From NCBI RefSeq assembly GCF_033153115.1, contig NW_026889803.1, positions 5,890,001 to 5,954,000 of the forward strand: DNA of 64,000 nt. The letters run 5' to 3'. The notes beneath the pieces were generated by a model. It made no database searches and was not told where the DNA came from. It saw nothing but the letters and a program-made list of their open reading frames with translations. Both the position numbers and the translations under genes were made by a program. Origin of the DNA: Saccostrea echinata (Eukaryota). Below, piece by piece: positions 37,520-49,211 of the stretch (the first letter of the stretch is position 1; every line of letters begins with the position of its first letter).

Positions 37520-38500
37520 GGCAATTTAAACAATACAAATTGTGAGCAGAATAAATACGACCTCTAAAAATAGAAGTGAGATCCGGAGCCTAGAGAGGTA
37601 AGAATCCCCTGTCGACTGATCACATCTGCCGTGTGCTCGTCGATCGTCATTGTATCGACCATAGAACTTGCGATATGATGTCTTTAAACGAGACTGTTGG
37701 TATTCTTGTTTCATCAACTTGTTTGTTGATAGCTTGCCTCGTTTTGTTCGGACGTAGAGCATGCTCTTGCATATTAAATATCAACTGGGAGACATAAACA
37801 GATGTGCAGTTGATATAATAAGCATAAAATTGCTACTTAAGTAAGGGAAGTTGAAAACAGAAAGTTGAAGTCATCACGTTTATCATAAAGTTTAGTTGTA
37901 AGTTTGTCATCAGTATCCAAATAGGAAACAGTTTTGTCTGTCTTTGGCGTCCATTATTTCAAAGGGAAACATCGAATCAACGTAGGAATGAAAATAGATA
38001 TTGTTAAATTGATAAAATCGTCGATATATCTAAATGTCGAATTGAAGGCCACAGCAAGGAACTTCTTCTCTTAATGTTGAAGTTTTTAAATAAATTCTGC
38101 TTCAGAAGTTTGCTAATAATGGGACACAATTAGAACCCATGGGAAATCCAACAGATAGTTGGAAGACCTGTTCCCCGAAAACTACATAGATATTGCCAAT
38201 GAGAAACTCAAAGATCTTTTTTTCAACCTCGGAGCACTTGTGTGTATAGAATCTGAATGTTTTTAACAAAATAAATTTGCAGATGACCTATAACAAGGTA
38301 TGCAAATTTACGAGTTCCATTTTTATTGAAGAAGCAGATGACAAAGAGCCTGACCTTTAATCTATCGTTGGAAAGCTTGTGTAAAATGTTGAAAAGCCGC
38401 ACGTTTAGATGGTAATGATTTTGGTAAATTTTTGCGATTTCAAATTTTCTAAACGTTCCTTTGAGTTTTTTTTAAATGTACATCTGATTAACATTATTTT
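37520..38500 (-). mobile_element. Penelope-like retroelement relic (RT and C-terminal region plus 3' stem-loop)
   Basis: Minus-strand remnants GFPMGSNCVP (~38125-38150), TFRYIDD (~38015-38037) and YQQSRLKTSYRKFYGRYND; heavily disrupted. Confidence 0.8.
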
Positions 38501-39060
38501 TCGAATAAATTGTTGTACAGTACTTCTCAAGTTATATGATTTGTTATGTTAGAAATATGACACATTTGGTGAAACACATATTGAAATGCTGAATTAGAAA
38601 AGATAAATTAGAGGTAACCTCTAGAAGTAAAATATTGCGATGCAATAATTTGTCTGATTTTTTTCCTTTTATCAAATCTTCCTTGGAAGACGGTTAACAG
38701 AGTTGAAGTATTTTATAGTCTTCGAACTATGCACTTCCTCTCTTTTGTGATTGGTAGAAATTGCATGATGTAAACATTTTCAGTTATTTCATTGGTTGAA
38801 ATGCTGTTCAGAGCAAAGAAAATAATTTTCTGTGATCTAATTTTCTACGACTTAACAATTTTTCAAGATTTTCAATCTTAAAAAAAAATTCAACAGAACG
38901 AACCGAGGAAAATGGCAATTATTGAGTCTAAATAACACTTTAATTTATAGAGCAATTATTATAAAGCGTTTCTATATTTTTATTGTAATCAGAAACGTTC
39001 TTTATCACATGCAAGCATTACAGCTTCAGTGTATTATTGTTTCACACCGTCTGTCTATTT

Positions 39061-39140
39061 TCGTTCAACTAGACACTTGGCTGTCTCCGTAAACCAGCAG
39101 AGTCAGAGTTTACGAGACAGCCCAGCGTCTGATTGAACGA
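39061..39140. repeat. 80-bp palindromic mini-element
   Basis: TCGTTCAA..AGAC.CT.GGCTGTCTC.GTAAAC pairs with GTTTACGAGACAGCC.AGCGTCT..TTGAACGA. Confidence 0.7.
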
Positions 39141-39459
39141 TACTAGTCTTTCCTATGGTTGGGCTAATGTCGGTAAAAAGCTGAAGGAGAAATACAAAGC
39201 CAAGAAATGCTCAAGAATTCGGCCTGATAGGTGTAGGTCAAATTCGTGTTTAAGGTTGTTGCAAAAGACGGCAAAGCTTTTTGAAAAAGCACTGCTTGTT
39301 AATAATCTTTACTCCAGTTTGCTATAAACCGTCTTCTTTTGAATTGTAGTATTAAAACTTTTTTAACTTGTCCAATTGTTATTTTGTTATTTCTAAATTC
39401 ATTTCAAATCTTATATATCATTAGTTTGAAGAAAAACGTCATTAAGCTATCACTTGCAT

Positions 39460-39930
39460 AAGATGTTTATGTCTCCCAACTTACTCATTATTCAAGAACA
39501 TGTCTGAGTATGATCAATTTTAAAACTAAGGCAGGCTACTGACAAATAAATTGATGTTACAGGCATTTCAACAAGCTCGTTTAAAGTCAGCATTTCGTAA
39601 ATTCTATGGTCGATATAATGACCTTGTCAGCAAATACAATCTAATTAAAGTAGATGTTTCGAATCCGCAAACGCCTCTCAAACAGGCGCTTGGTAGCGGA
39701 TTCGGAACATCTAATTTTAATTAGATTGTAGCAAATGTAACCTATTATTTGGTTGTATTTTTTCTGACATAGTTCATACCAATTGTTAAGCCTTTGTTTT
39801 TATAAATTTAAATATTCCATCTACCTGATCAATACATATAGGGCTCACGCCGGGTGTGATCGATCGACACTGGATGCTTACTCCTCCTTATGCTCCTAGG
39901 CACCTGATACCACCCCCGGGGTTTTATGCT
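39460..39930 (+). mobile_element. Penelope-like 3' fragment (same family as 37520-38500), interrupted by a MITE
   Basis: Translates to GRLLTNKLMLQAFQQARLKSAFRKFYGRYNDLVSK and is followed by the GGGTGTGA...GATGCTTACTCCTCCT...CACCTGAT motif. Confidence 0.75.
39637..39728. mobile_element. 92-bp palindromic MITE with CAATC termini and a degenerate 9-bp TSD
   Basis: CAATCTAATTAAA...TTTAATTAGATTG; flanks CAGCAAATA / TAGCAAATG. Confidence 0.7.
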
Positions 39931-40481
39931 CTATTCACAGATTCGTATTGTTGTAGATTTTTTTGTTTGTTATTTTTACCTTTTTCACAGTACCAAAGTA
40001 AATTTATCAGAAAAACATCCAGGGTCAACATGGAGCCACGAAGGGTAACACCGTCGCAAGCCACAAGTCTTTTTGTCCATTCTGTTTGTGGAAATGATAA
40101 ATATGGACACAGAAAACCTTCGCTGGCTACGATGAGTAACACTGTTGTAACACCATTTGGTCTAGAGTGGCATAGGAAATAATGTAGTGAATCAAGACCA
40201 TTCCTTCAATATTATGCCTAAATTAGTTAAAGTTTATTTCATTGTTGGTATTTATTAGTAGAAACGTTCGTTCCTCCAGTCTATTATAAAGAACAAGGAA
40301 CATTCCTATAATTCATCTGCCATATTATACCACCTACAATATTATACCATCTACTATATTATACCATCTACCATATTAAACCAGCAGTTGGGATCCTCAG
40401 GATAAGAGTTTCGGTCCAAAAATATTATTTTGAATAACCTTAATCATACATTAAAATTACATACCACTGTGAGTTATATCA

Positions 40482-40599
40482 TGTAAATTTTGAATTTACT
40501 ACGTGCATGGAGGTAAATGCAAAATTTACAACATGACAATTAGTTATCATGTTGTAAATGTTGTATTTACCTCCGTGCAACTAGTGAATTCAAAATTTA
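40482..40599. repeat. ~120-bp palindrome (hairpin-ended element)
   Basis: TAAATTTTGAATTTACTA..TGCATGGAGGTAAAT pairs with ATTTACCTCCGTGCA..TAGTGAATTCAAAATTTA. Confidence 0.75.
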
Positions 40600-40676
40600 C
40601 AATCTCTACCAAGAGTTATCGTTCCCGCTCCGCTCCACTTGTAGCGAAGCGTAATACGCCATCTGGTGAGAGATTG
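40600..40676. mobile_element. 77-bp MITE with a perfect 9-bp TSD
   Basis: CAAAATTTA|CAATCTC...GAGATTG|CAAAATTTA (TSD 40591-40599 and 40677-40685). Confidence 0.85.
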
Positions 40677-41876
40677 CAAAATTTACAGCATAATAGTTAT
40701 ATGGCTACCAAAAGTTTAACCTTTGCTATAAGTTGCCATACGGGGACATGTTTTGTTTTGGTTTTTTGCTGAATGTAGACGTTAATCACTCTCTACCATC
40801 GGCTCATACATTCACCTCTGTCGTTGACTCGCGTATATCACAGTGATAAGCACGAGAAATAGTGCATGCGTTTGTTTTAATTCATTATAATTAAATGCCT
40901 GCACTAATGTTCCTCTTTTAAGGTAGATATTTACTAAGTATATCTAGAACTATTAATTAAATTTGAAATAATCCTTTGAATGTCATGTTTTTTTACGTTA
41001 TGTCAAAAATCTTGACGTGTATTGCAGAGGTGTCTGAGAGAGGAACGAACGACAACTCTGCATAGGAGATTGGACGTTAATGACAAACTTACAAACAAAC
41101 GGGGTGATTTCTGCTTTTCGTCCCCCCCCCCCTCACATATTTATGTACATGTAATATTCCACTATCACATGCATATGGTGTCTATATGTTCCTAAATGGT
41201 TCGGTAATTAAACAGAAGCATGTTCAGTTTTTGTAACCGAAGCATGAGGCTATCTGTACCTTTACAGTTCAACATTAAAAAAATGTTAAAGATTAATTGT
41301 TAAGATATGTACCTTTCAAACACTCTTGTTTTAGCAATTTCGCAATTTTATGACCTTATAATTAATATAGTTTACAAATACAGTCTATTGTAGGGTCGAA
41401 TTTTGAATGGCTTGTTTCATACCAATTGTTACATGTATGCCATTAATTGTTTTCCAATTTTAACTACTGTAACAGATTACTCCATTTACACGAGTACTCA
41501 CAGCGGGATGCTTACTTGTCCTTGATCACCTGATCCCACCTTTGGTGTTTTCAGTGTTCTGTGTATTTCCTTGGTCTCCATTTGTATTTCTTATATATGA
41601 ATTATGAAATCGGAGACATAAATATTATTGTCTCTGATGAAAATGATCACTGTGCATTCGAGGATCTAGAAAGGGGAGGGGTCCGGACCCCCCCCCTCCC
41701 CCGAATTGCACAATTGACCCATGAGATCAAGCATACTCAGTAATTGTAAAATACAAGCAGGGGTCTATACTAGTATATAGGTCCCTAATAGTAAATTACC
41801 ATGTAATGAAATAATTATGAAAATGTGTTATACATTTAAATGAACAAAAATATACTCTGTATAAAGTCATTTACCC

Positions 41877-41975
41877 CATAGGCACTCCCCATCTTAATTG
41901 TTAAAAAATATACATCAACTATATTATAAACAGTAGATATATATTTTTTAACAATTAAGCTGGGGAGTGCCTATG
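41877..41975. mobile_element. Palindromic MITE with perfect 8-bp TSD (hAT/P-like termini)
   Basis: ATTTACCC|CATAGGCACTCCCC...GGGGAGTGCCTATG|ATTTACCC. Confidence 0.88.
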
Positions 41976-42202
41976 ATTTACCCGAGGATGACCCACTAAT
42001 AGATGAGCATGTTAAGGCAGCACTAGCGTTTTGATATAAATAAAGATAAATTAAAATAAAAATTAAATAAGTCAAGAAATGTTTTATAAAAACTAATAGT
42101 ATAAAAGCACATTTTCAGACATTGATCTCTTTTCGGAAAATGAGTTATTCTATGTAAAAATAACGAAAAAAACCGACCTTGGAACCTCCCCCCCCCCCCC
42201 CC

Positions 42203-42337
42203 AGGCACTCCCCATCTTAATTGTTAAAAAATATATATCTACTATATTATAAACATAACAAGTTTCATGCCTTGTTATGTTTATAGTATAGTAGATATAT
42301 ATTTTTTAATGTTCAATTAAGCTGGGGAGTGTCTATG
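42203..42337. mobile_element. Second, longer copy of the same palindromic MITE, between poly-C runs
   Basis: AGGCACTCCCCATCTTAATTG...CAATTAAGCTGGGGAGTGTCTATG. Confidence 0.8.
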
Positions 42338-42682
42338 TCCCCCCCCCCCTACCCCGGAAAAACGGACCCCTCTTAAAATTGTATCTGAAGAAAATTGACT
42401 AAGAAGTTTGTCAGCATTAAACACCATCTCCTATGAATATTTTTTTGTTTTGTTTTGTTTTTGCTTGTCAAAAAAAAAAGTTAAGAAGAATATTTATCAA
42501 TAATATACATCGGGATCGAAAGCCAGAAAATTAAAAGAACAAAAACAAAAAGTGAAAAACAAAACACGCAGATTCGACAGTCGGACAGAAGCGACAGTTA
42601 TTTTCGCAGAAACTAAAGAAGATGTAGGCCTATTCAAATAAAGTGAGTTCTTCTGGATAATTTTATTCTCCATCTAATCAAG

Positions 42683-45600
42683 ATGGCAAACAAAGAAGCG
42701 GGTGTTACTTCTTCAACAAATGTTGGATCTCTGAAAAGAAAATTTAGCAATTCGGAGGAGGAATGTAATAATAAACGGGAAGGTGAACCGAGTCTATCTA
42801 TTTTGAACTTAGATATTCCGTCAATTTCAAAAGACTGGGATGATCAGCTTTTACTGAACTTGCATGTAGAGGTGGTTCCGGGGGTTTTCACACCGTATGT
42901 TGTTTTTTCATCATATCCCGATTTCCTGGAAAATCAGAAGAACAAAAGAAGTGAACTTATAGCCATGATGAACGACGCACTCTCGGAGCGGAAAATTTTG
43001 CTAGATTGCTATAATCATGCAATGGAAAATATAATAAATCTTGATTATGAACATATTGACCATGTTCCAGTCTACAGAGTAAAGGAACTATATGAAAACA
43101 CAAAGACCCTGAATAAATTGGCATGGAGGGATTGGAAGAAGCAGTTGACAGAGAGTGATTTTAAAACCATCAGGGGATTAAAAGAAAAATGTAGAAGGTG
43201 ATCTTCGGTTGTAACTGTCCTCAGAGTCTTAACGCATCTTTTAATCCTGGCCCCACCCCACCCCAAAAAAAAATATTCTCAAGAAACCAAATACATATTT
43301 TACAATTTTAAAGGTACATTGAAAATTCAATTAAGAAATAATTCCTGCATCAAAGCAAGGCCATAACTAGACTAAAATTTTTAGTGAGACAAGAGATCTG
43401 GGACCACCCAAGTCACAATTGGGTCCAGGGAAGTGTCCTGATGGTGCTTCTTAGGGGGAGGGGGTCTAGAAACCTGGGTTTTAGCGAATCAAAAACTTAA
43501 TATTTGAAAGTTTTCATGTTTTGAATTATCTTTACATGTCTTCGAAACAATAATGAAACACCCGGTGAAATGATTGATTTACAGAAATTGAAACGAAAGT
43601 TGAACAGTTATTGAAAGCATTAATTTATTACAAAGACACATATAATGAATTAAAGATCAAAGTAAAACTTTATAACTTTCCAGAAAACTCTAAAATTTTA
43701 GTGAGGCATTTGCCTCACTTGCCTTAATGGTAGTTAAGGCCTTGCAAAGGAATTTACCCCAATAGTTGAGATTTTGTTGGCAAATAAAAACCGAGTCTGA
43801 GGGCAAGGTTTTTATTTGCCAAAAAAATCACAAGATTGAGGGGCCTCTTGTTTTTAATTCAGACTACAGCAAAAAGTGAATGATTTTCTATGGCAGCTCC
43901 TGTACATAGTAGATAGAAGACAGCTTCCAGAGCCAGAAGAATTATCAGAGGGAATGTTTCAAGAGCTTTTTATGAGATTTGCTAGAATATTTGAATTGGG
44001 TCTAGTGTAAGTCATGAAAATTACTTAAATACTTAAGGACATTAGCAAGGTTCCTGGTTTTCCTATAGCATTTTTCAAGAACTCTTGAGTAGGTGTAATG
44101 GTAATAAACATGTTATATTCTGGTACATGTAACCCACTAAGCCACCCTGTCTTTTTAAATTTTGTCAAATCAATGTTTTCACTGTACAATGCTAAATGCA
44201 TTTCCTATGTAAAATGTTTATAAAAAGGAGTTACATAATTTTTCATCATAAGATTTCTCTAAAACCCATTTATTTCATAAAGTTTATGTATATATTATTG
44301 TATCCTCATTTCCTATGACATGTACTGACTTTATTGGTTTTCACAGTGTAGAGAATTCTTCACTGGAGATCACTCTTAATCACAGTTTTATAAGTGAAAG
44401 AACCCATGAATTAAGCCTCTTTTCTCCGGATAACCGTGACTTGCCAATGTCCTTAAGATGAGAAGCCATATTCTTTGCATACAAAACTGGTATAAAGTAC
44501 CTTCATTGACAGCATATTGCTATTATATATGATAATAATTATATAAATTTATCTTTTTTTACTTTACCATACATTTATTTACATCTGATATGATTTCATG
44601 TTTTTCTCCTGATTTTGTTGTAAATATTCACATGATTTATTTGTGTCTAGAGGTGCACCGAATGTTGGATGTTACACTTTTAAAGTCAATGGTAAAGAGA
44701 TTTCCTCAGTCCCTGATGCTTTGGTCATCAATCCGTGTAAAAAGAATTCACTGCTGGCAGTTGTTAAGGTACCACATAACATCCAAATAAAAATCTTTAA
44801 ATGATCTTATAGTGATAATATCACTAATACATTGATTCTTTGAAAATCTTCTTCTCTGCTCCTGGGTATTTAGCAGACAAACAATTAAGTGCATGGATCT
44901 TATAAGCAATGTGTTTCTTCCAAAACTGTGAAATCCATGGCCCCAGGGTCAGGGGATAGGCTTTAATATGATCCTGAATGTAAATTTTACTCTGCTTTAA
45001 GAAAAGTTATTCCCCTTGGTAATTTACCTCTGATTGTAATTAATGTAATTGATAGGTACATGTAAATTGAATAAAATAATTATTTCTGAGGGAGAGGAGG
45101 GTGATGGGATTGCTGATTATATATTATCACCAGACTATTGAACTGTTATTTAGTTAGTCTGTCCTCATTGTCTTATATTTTCATCTATCAGTTTATTTTG
45201 TTTTATTTAAAAGCAAATGTTGTATAAATTGTCATTCCATGGATCCTATACAGGATTGTATTATACTCAGGTGACCGTAAAGAACCTTGGGCCTCTTGTC
45301 TTCAATATCATGAAATAAGTAGATATTGTTATGATTTGTCTTTGTTATGGTGTCCGGATAGGGCCATTTGCAAAAGCTCAGCAGCACATTCAGAAAAACA
45401 TGCCATCTCGCTAACACACAACACGCCATCACAATTATACAAAACACGTCATCGCACTTATACACAACACGCCGTCGCTCTAACACGCCATCATGCTAAC
45501 GCAACTTAACACGCTGTCGCACAACTCACTAACACAACTTTGTGACAGCGCGATGGCGAGTCATGTGTTAGCACGACGGCATGTTGTGTGTTAGCCCGAC

Positions 45601-45825
45601 AGCATGTCATGCGAACTTGTGCTAGCGTGTCGGTGTGTTGTTCAATGATGTGTTAGCGCAATGGCATGTTGTGTGTTAGCGTGACGGAGTGTTGTGTGTC
45701 AGTACGCGCTTTTGAGCTTTTGCAAATGGCCCTATCAGGACACCATACTTTGTTTATGTAGTTTTATTAGATTTATTTTGAAAATGATAGAAGTTACATT
45801 GAAAGAAATTTCATTATCTTGTGTG

Positions 45826-45873
<48 letters not shown>

Positions 45874-48800
45874 GAGTGTCCGGAGTCCGTTTGTCGTCTG
45901 TAAACTATACATTTTTGACTTCTTCTCAAGAACCACAGGGCCAATTTTAACCAAACTTACCGTAAAGCATCCTTGGGTGAAGGGGATTTAAATTTGTTGA
46001 CAGGAAGTGCTTCGCCCTCTTTCAAGGGAAGATAATTAAGAATTTGTGAGAATTTGGTGGCATTTTTAAAAAATCTTCTTTTCAAGAACCATTGGGCAAG
46101 AAAAGAAACTGATGTGGAAGCTTCATTACATACTCTAGATTCAAGTTTGTTCATATCATAACCCCTGGGGGCAGGGTGGGGCAACAAGAGGGTGTCGAAG
46201 TTTTACATAGGAATATATAGGAAATGTCTTTAAAAATCTTCTTCTCGAGAATAGCAAAGCCATGATTAGTCATAATATAAAAGAAGTATCCTCAGGTAGT
46301 GTAGATTCAAGTTTGTTCCAATCATGACCCCTGGGGGTAGGGCAGGATCACAACAGGGGGGTCAAAGTTTACCGTAGGAAATATCTTTAAAAATCTTCTT
46401 TTCAAGAACAGCTAAGTCATTATTAGACATATTAATAAAGAAGTATCCTCAAGTAGTGTAGATTCAATTTTGTTCAAATCATGACCCCTGGGGGTAGGAC
46501 GGGGCCACAACAGTGAGTCAAGGTTTACATAGGAATATATAGGTGTAATGATTAAAGGGTATTTGAGTATAATGCATTGAAGACTTCAAATAGTGGAATG
46601 ACCTGACAACTCTTAGAATGGACTAGCCTAAGGGAATATATGGCAAAGCTTTGGGAAAGTCAGGCATTTAGAAGGTAGCTGAAGAAGTTGGATAGTGACT
46701 CAGCAATAAAGAAGTTAAGGTATTCCATCCTAATAGCAAAAGATTCAGTGAAATTGAATACATAACAGATGTGTAGGTGTTGAATACTGAGTATATTTAG
46801 ACATAATTCCCATTTATTACTATTAGCATGTAAGGTCTGATGTGTCCTAATTTATGACCTTGAATTTTGGTAAGAGTAATCTCCTGTTTTTAATTATTAA
46901 AAAAAAAATAAATTTTAAAAAACTTATCTGTTAAAAAAAAATTGTTTTCAATTGTCATTCTATTTCTAATGTGTTTTAGTGCATTTTTCCACTACAGTAT
47001 TTATTGATATTCTTATTTGAATTTTTATTTTTAAAACATTGCTCTATAGACTTCAATGCAATCTTTATCAAGTACTTATTGCGTAGTTAATTACATTTTT
47101 GAAACTTTTTCTTAGTAAATCCTTTTCAACTGTAAATATCAGAGTATTATGTATGTGATGGACATTTAAGGATAGAGGATGGAAAACCTTAAGGGTAAAA
47201 GCAAAATAAAAGTATGAAAGTTATAAACACCAGTGACAAGTATCTTAGGGAATTGATGTTAAGCTCTGGATGTAGTAAATCTGAAGAAGATTAAGATGAC
47301 TCGTTCTTATCTATCAATGGGAACCTAGGGGAGAAACACGGTGCAAGCAGTACCTTACCCATTCCCCATCTCCAGATAGAGAAAATTTAAATATTGTGTG
47401 ATATACCCTCGGACAGAGCTGTCTTAATAATCATTCAAATCATTAACTTGGACAGAGTAAAAGGAAAACCTATATATCCCTTGTAAGAATCTGATCATAC
47501 ACGTTACTTGGGAAATTTATGTCTTTGAAATCTTCTTCTCAAGAACAATTAAGCCATTATTAGTCATATTTATACAGAAGCAATTGTAGAATTAAGTTTG
47601 TTCAAATTATGGGCCCCCAGGGGTTAGGGGCACAACAGAGGGTCAAAGTTTTGCATAATAATATCTTGAAAAAATCTTCTGTTCAAGAGCAGCAAAGCTT
47701 TGATTAGTCATATTATTATAGAATCATCATCAGGTAGTTTAGATTCAGATTTGTTCAAACTTACGGTGGATAGGGCGGGGCCACATTTAGCAATCAGAGA
47801 TTTACATAGGAATACATAGGGAAAACAATCTTTGAAATTCTTCTGTTTAAGAACAGCAAAGCCATGATTAGTAATATTGATACAGAAGCCTCCTGAGGTA
47901 GTGTAAATTTAAGTCCCCCCTTTAAAACTTTTCAATACTGAACTGAGTTCTGCTTCTTCCTAACCACTGTGCTCAGGCGAGCTTTGTGGCCAATGGGCCT
48001 TTTTGTTTTTTGTCTTTGACCAATACAAGTCTGAATACAATATATGTAAATAAGTTACTAAGATGTGTAAAATTCTTGTCTCAACCAAGGTTGTACCTTC
48101 GTCATTGATTAAGTATATGTAAACTTCTATCTGTTTATGTTGATTTTCAAAATTCATTGAAGGTTACAAAGACTTATAAGAAAGAAATTGATTTAGAAGC
48201 ACAGAAAAAGATGAGAAAGGTCATCAAAGTGCAAAACCCAACTGAGCATGTGGACACTAATTTGAAATGCCAGCACATTGGAGATATACTCTCAGTTCTA
48301 CGGTGTTCCTTGTTTGGACCAACTGGAATGTTTGGTTTTGTAGTTCAAGCAACAGAAGTTAGTTAATATAATTCCACTTTTTTTTCAACTTTATACAGTT
48401 TGGTACCAATAGTTGCTTTATACAAAGAGTTAATTAAAAGATTGAAGACACAAGTTGTGAAAAAAAGAACAGTTTGCTTAATTTTATATGGATAACCCCC
48501 CCTCCCCCCAAAGAAAAGGGGGTAAACTGTTTAACCCTTGTGTGTCTGTCTATCTGTCCCTAACAAATTTTTGTCACAGATTTCTCAGCAACTACACATA
48601 TTCTTTGTAGATGCTTGAAACTCTTTGTTTTGGCATGCCATGTGATGGGATTAATTTTTGTATGAATCAGATGTCAAATTCCTGTTCATCTCTTTCTGTA
48701 CATTTTTGTTCACAGTTTTCTCAGCAAATACTCTGAAATCGCAGATGCTTGAAATTTTAGCACACTCTTTCTGTAGGCATGCCATGTGGCGGGATTCATC

Positions 48801-49211
48801 TTTGTACGAATCCAATGTCAACTTCCTGCATCTGTCCATACAAAATTTCCCTCACAGTTTTCTCAGCAACTACTCATGCTTGAAATTTTAGCACACTCTT
48901 TGTTTAGGTGACTGAACTGGTGTATATTCACATGAGAATGTATATTCACATCAGAGTGGGGGTATTACTAGAAAGCATTGGCTCACAGTCTTCTTGTTAC
49001 ATAATCTTTTTTATCTGTTTATTTACAGGTAACTGTTGTAGCTTTTGCGACAGATAAAAATTACATCCAGTATATCAAAACAGGACTATTCCCTGAACAA
49101 GACTGTGCCACAGTAAAATACAGTGAGAAGTGTAATATTTTGTCAAAGAAAGGAAGACATAAACTTGTGAAGACTTTTCTTGATATGGCAACTCTGATGA
49201 AATACATGTAA
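42683..49211 (+). CDS. Uncharacterised ~384-aa protein, 5 coding exons, with a possible degenerate PD-(D/E)XK-like C-terminal domain
   Basis: Phase-consistent GT-AG exons 42683-43197, 43863-44006, 44651-44768, 48163-48357, 49029-49211 give 1155 nt with no internal stop (...GMFQELFMRFARIF...SVPDALV...LAVVKVTK...QHIGDIL...KYM*). Confidence 0.75.
43356..43744. mobile_element. Intronic MITE
   Basis: TIR CAAGGCCATAACTA / TAGTTAAGGCCTTG; no clean TSD. Confidence 0.55.
45348..45745. mobile_element. TA-flanked TIR element with short internal tandem repeats
   Basis: TA|TGGTGTCCGGATAGGGCCATTTGCAAAAGCTCA ... TGAGCTTTTGCAAATGGCCCTATCAGGACACCA|TA; ACACAACACGCC-type repeats, inverted in the two halves. 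Confidence 0.88.
45828..48006 (+). mobile_element. Non-autonomous Helentron-like (HINE) element with ~160-166-bp oyster-satellite-like monomers
   Basis: 5' TTTAGCTCACCTGAGCCGAAGGCTCAAGTGAGCTTT; GTC-rich microsatellite; AAAATCTTCTT.TCAAGAAC monomers; 3' CTCAGGCGAGC...GGCCAATGGGCC.TTTGTT. Confidence 0.85.
48482..48998 (+). mobile_element. Degenerate HINE-like element (different family)
   Basis: CCCCC...AAAGGGGGT 5' stem, TCTG microsatellite, ~130-bp TTCTCAGCAA monomers, 3' end CTTGTT. Confidence 0.5.

Noticed and set aside
44347-44489. Candidate extra exon (good acceptor TTTTCACAG)
   Set aside because: It contains an in-frame TGA in the required phase; 44651-44768 gives a continuous frame instead.
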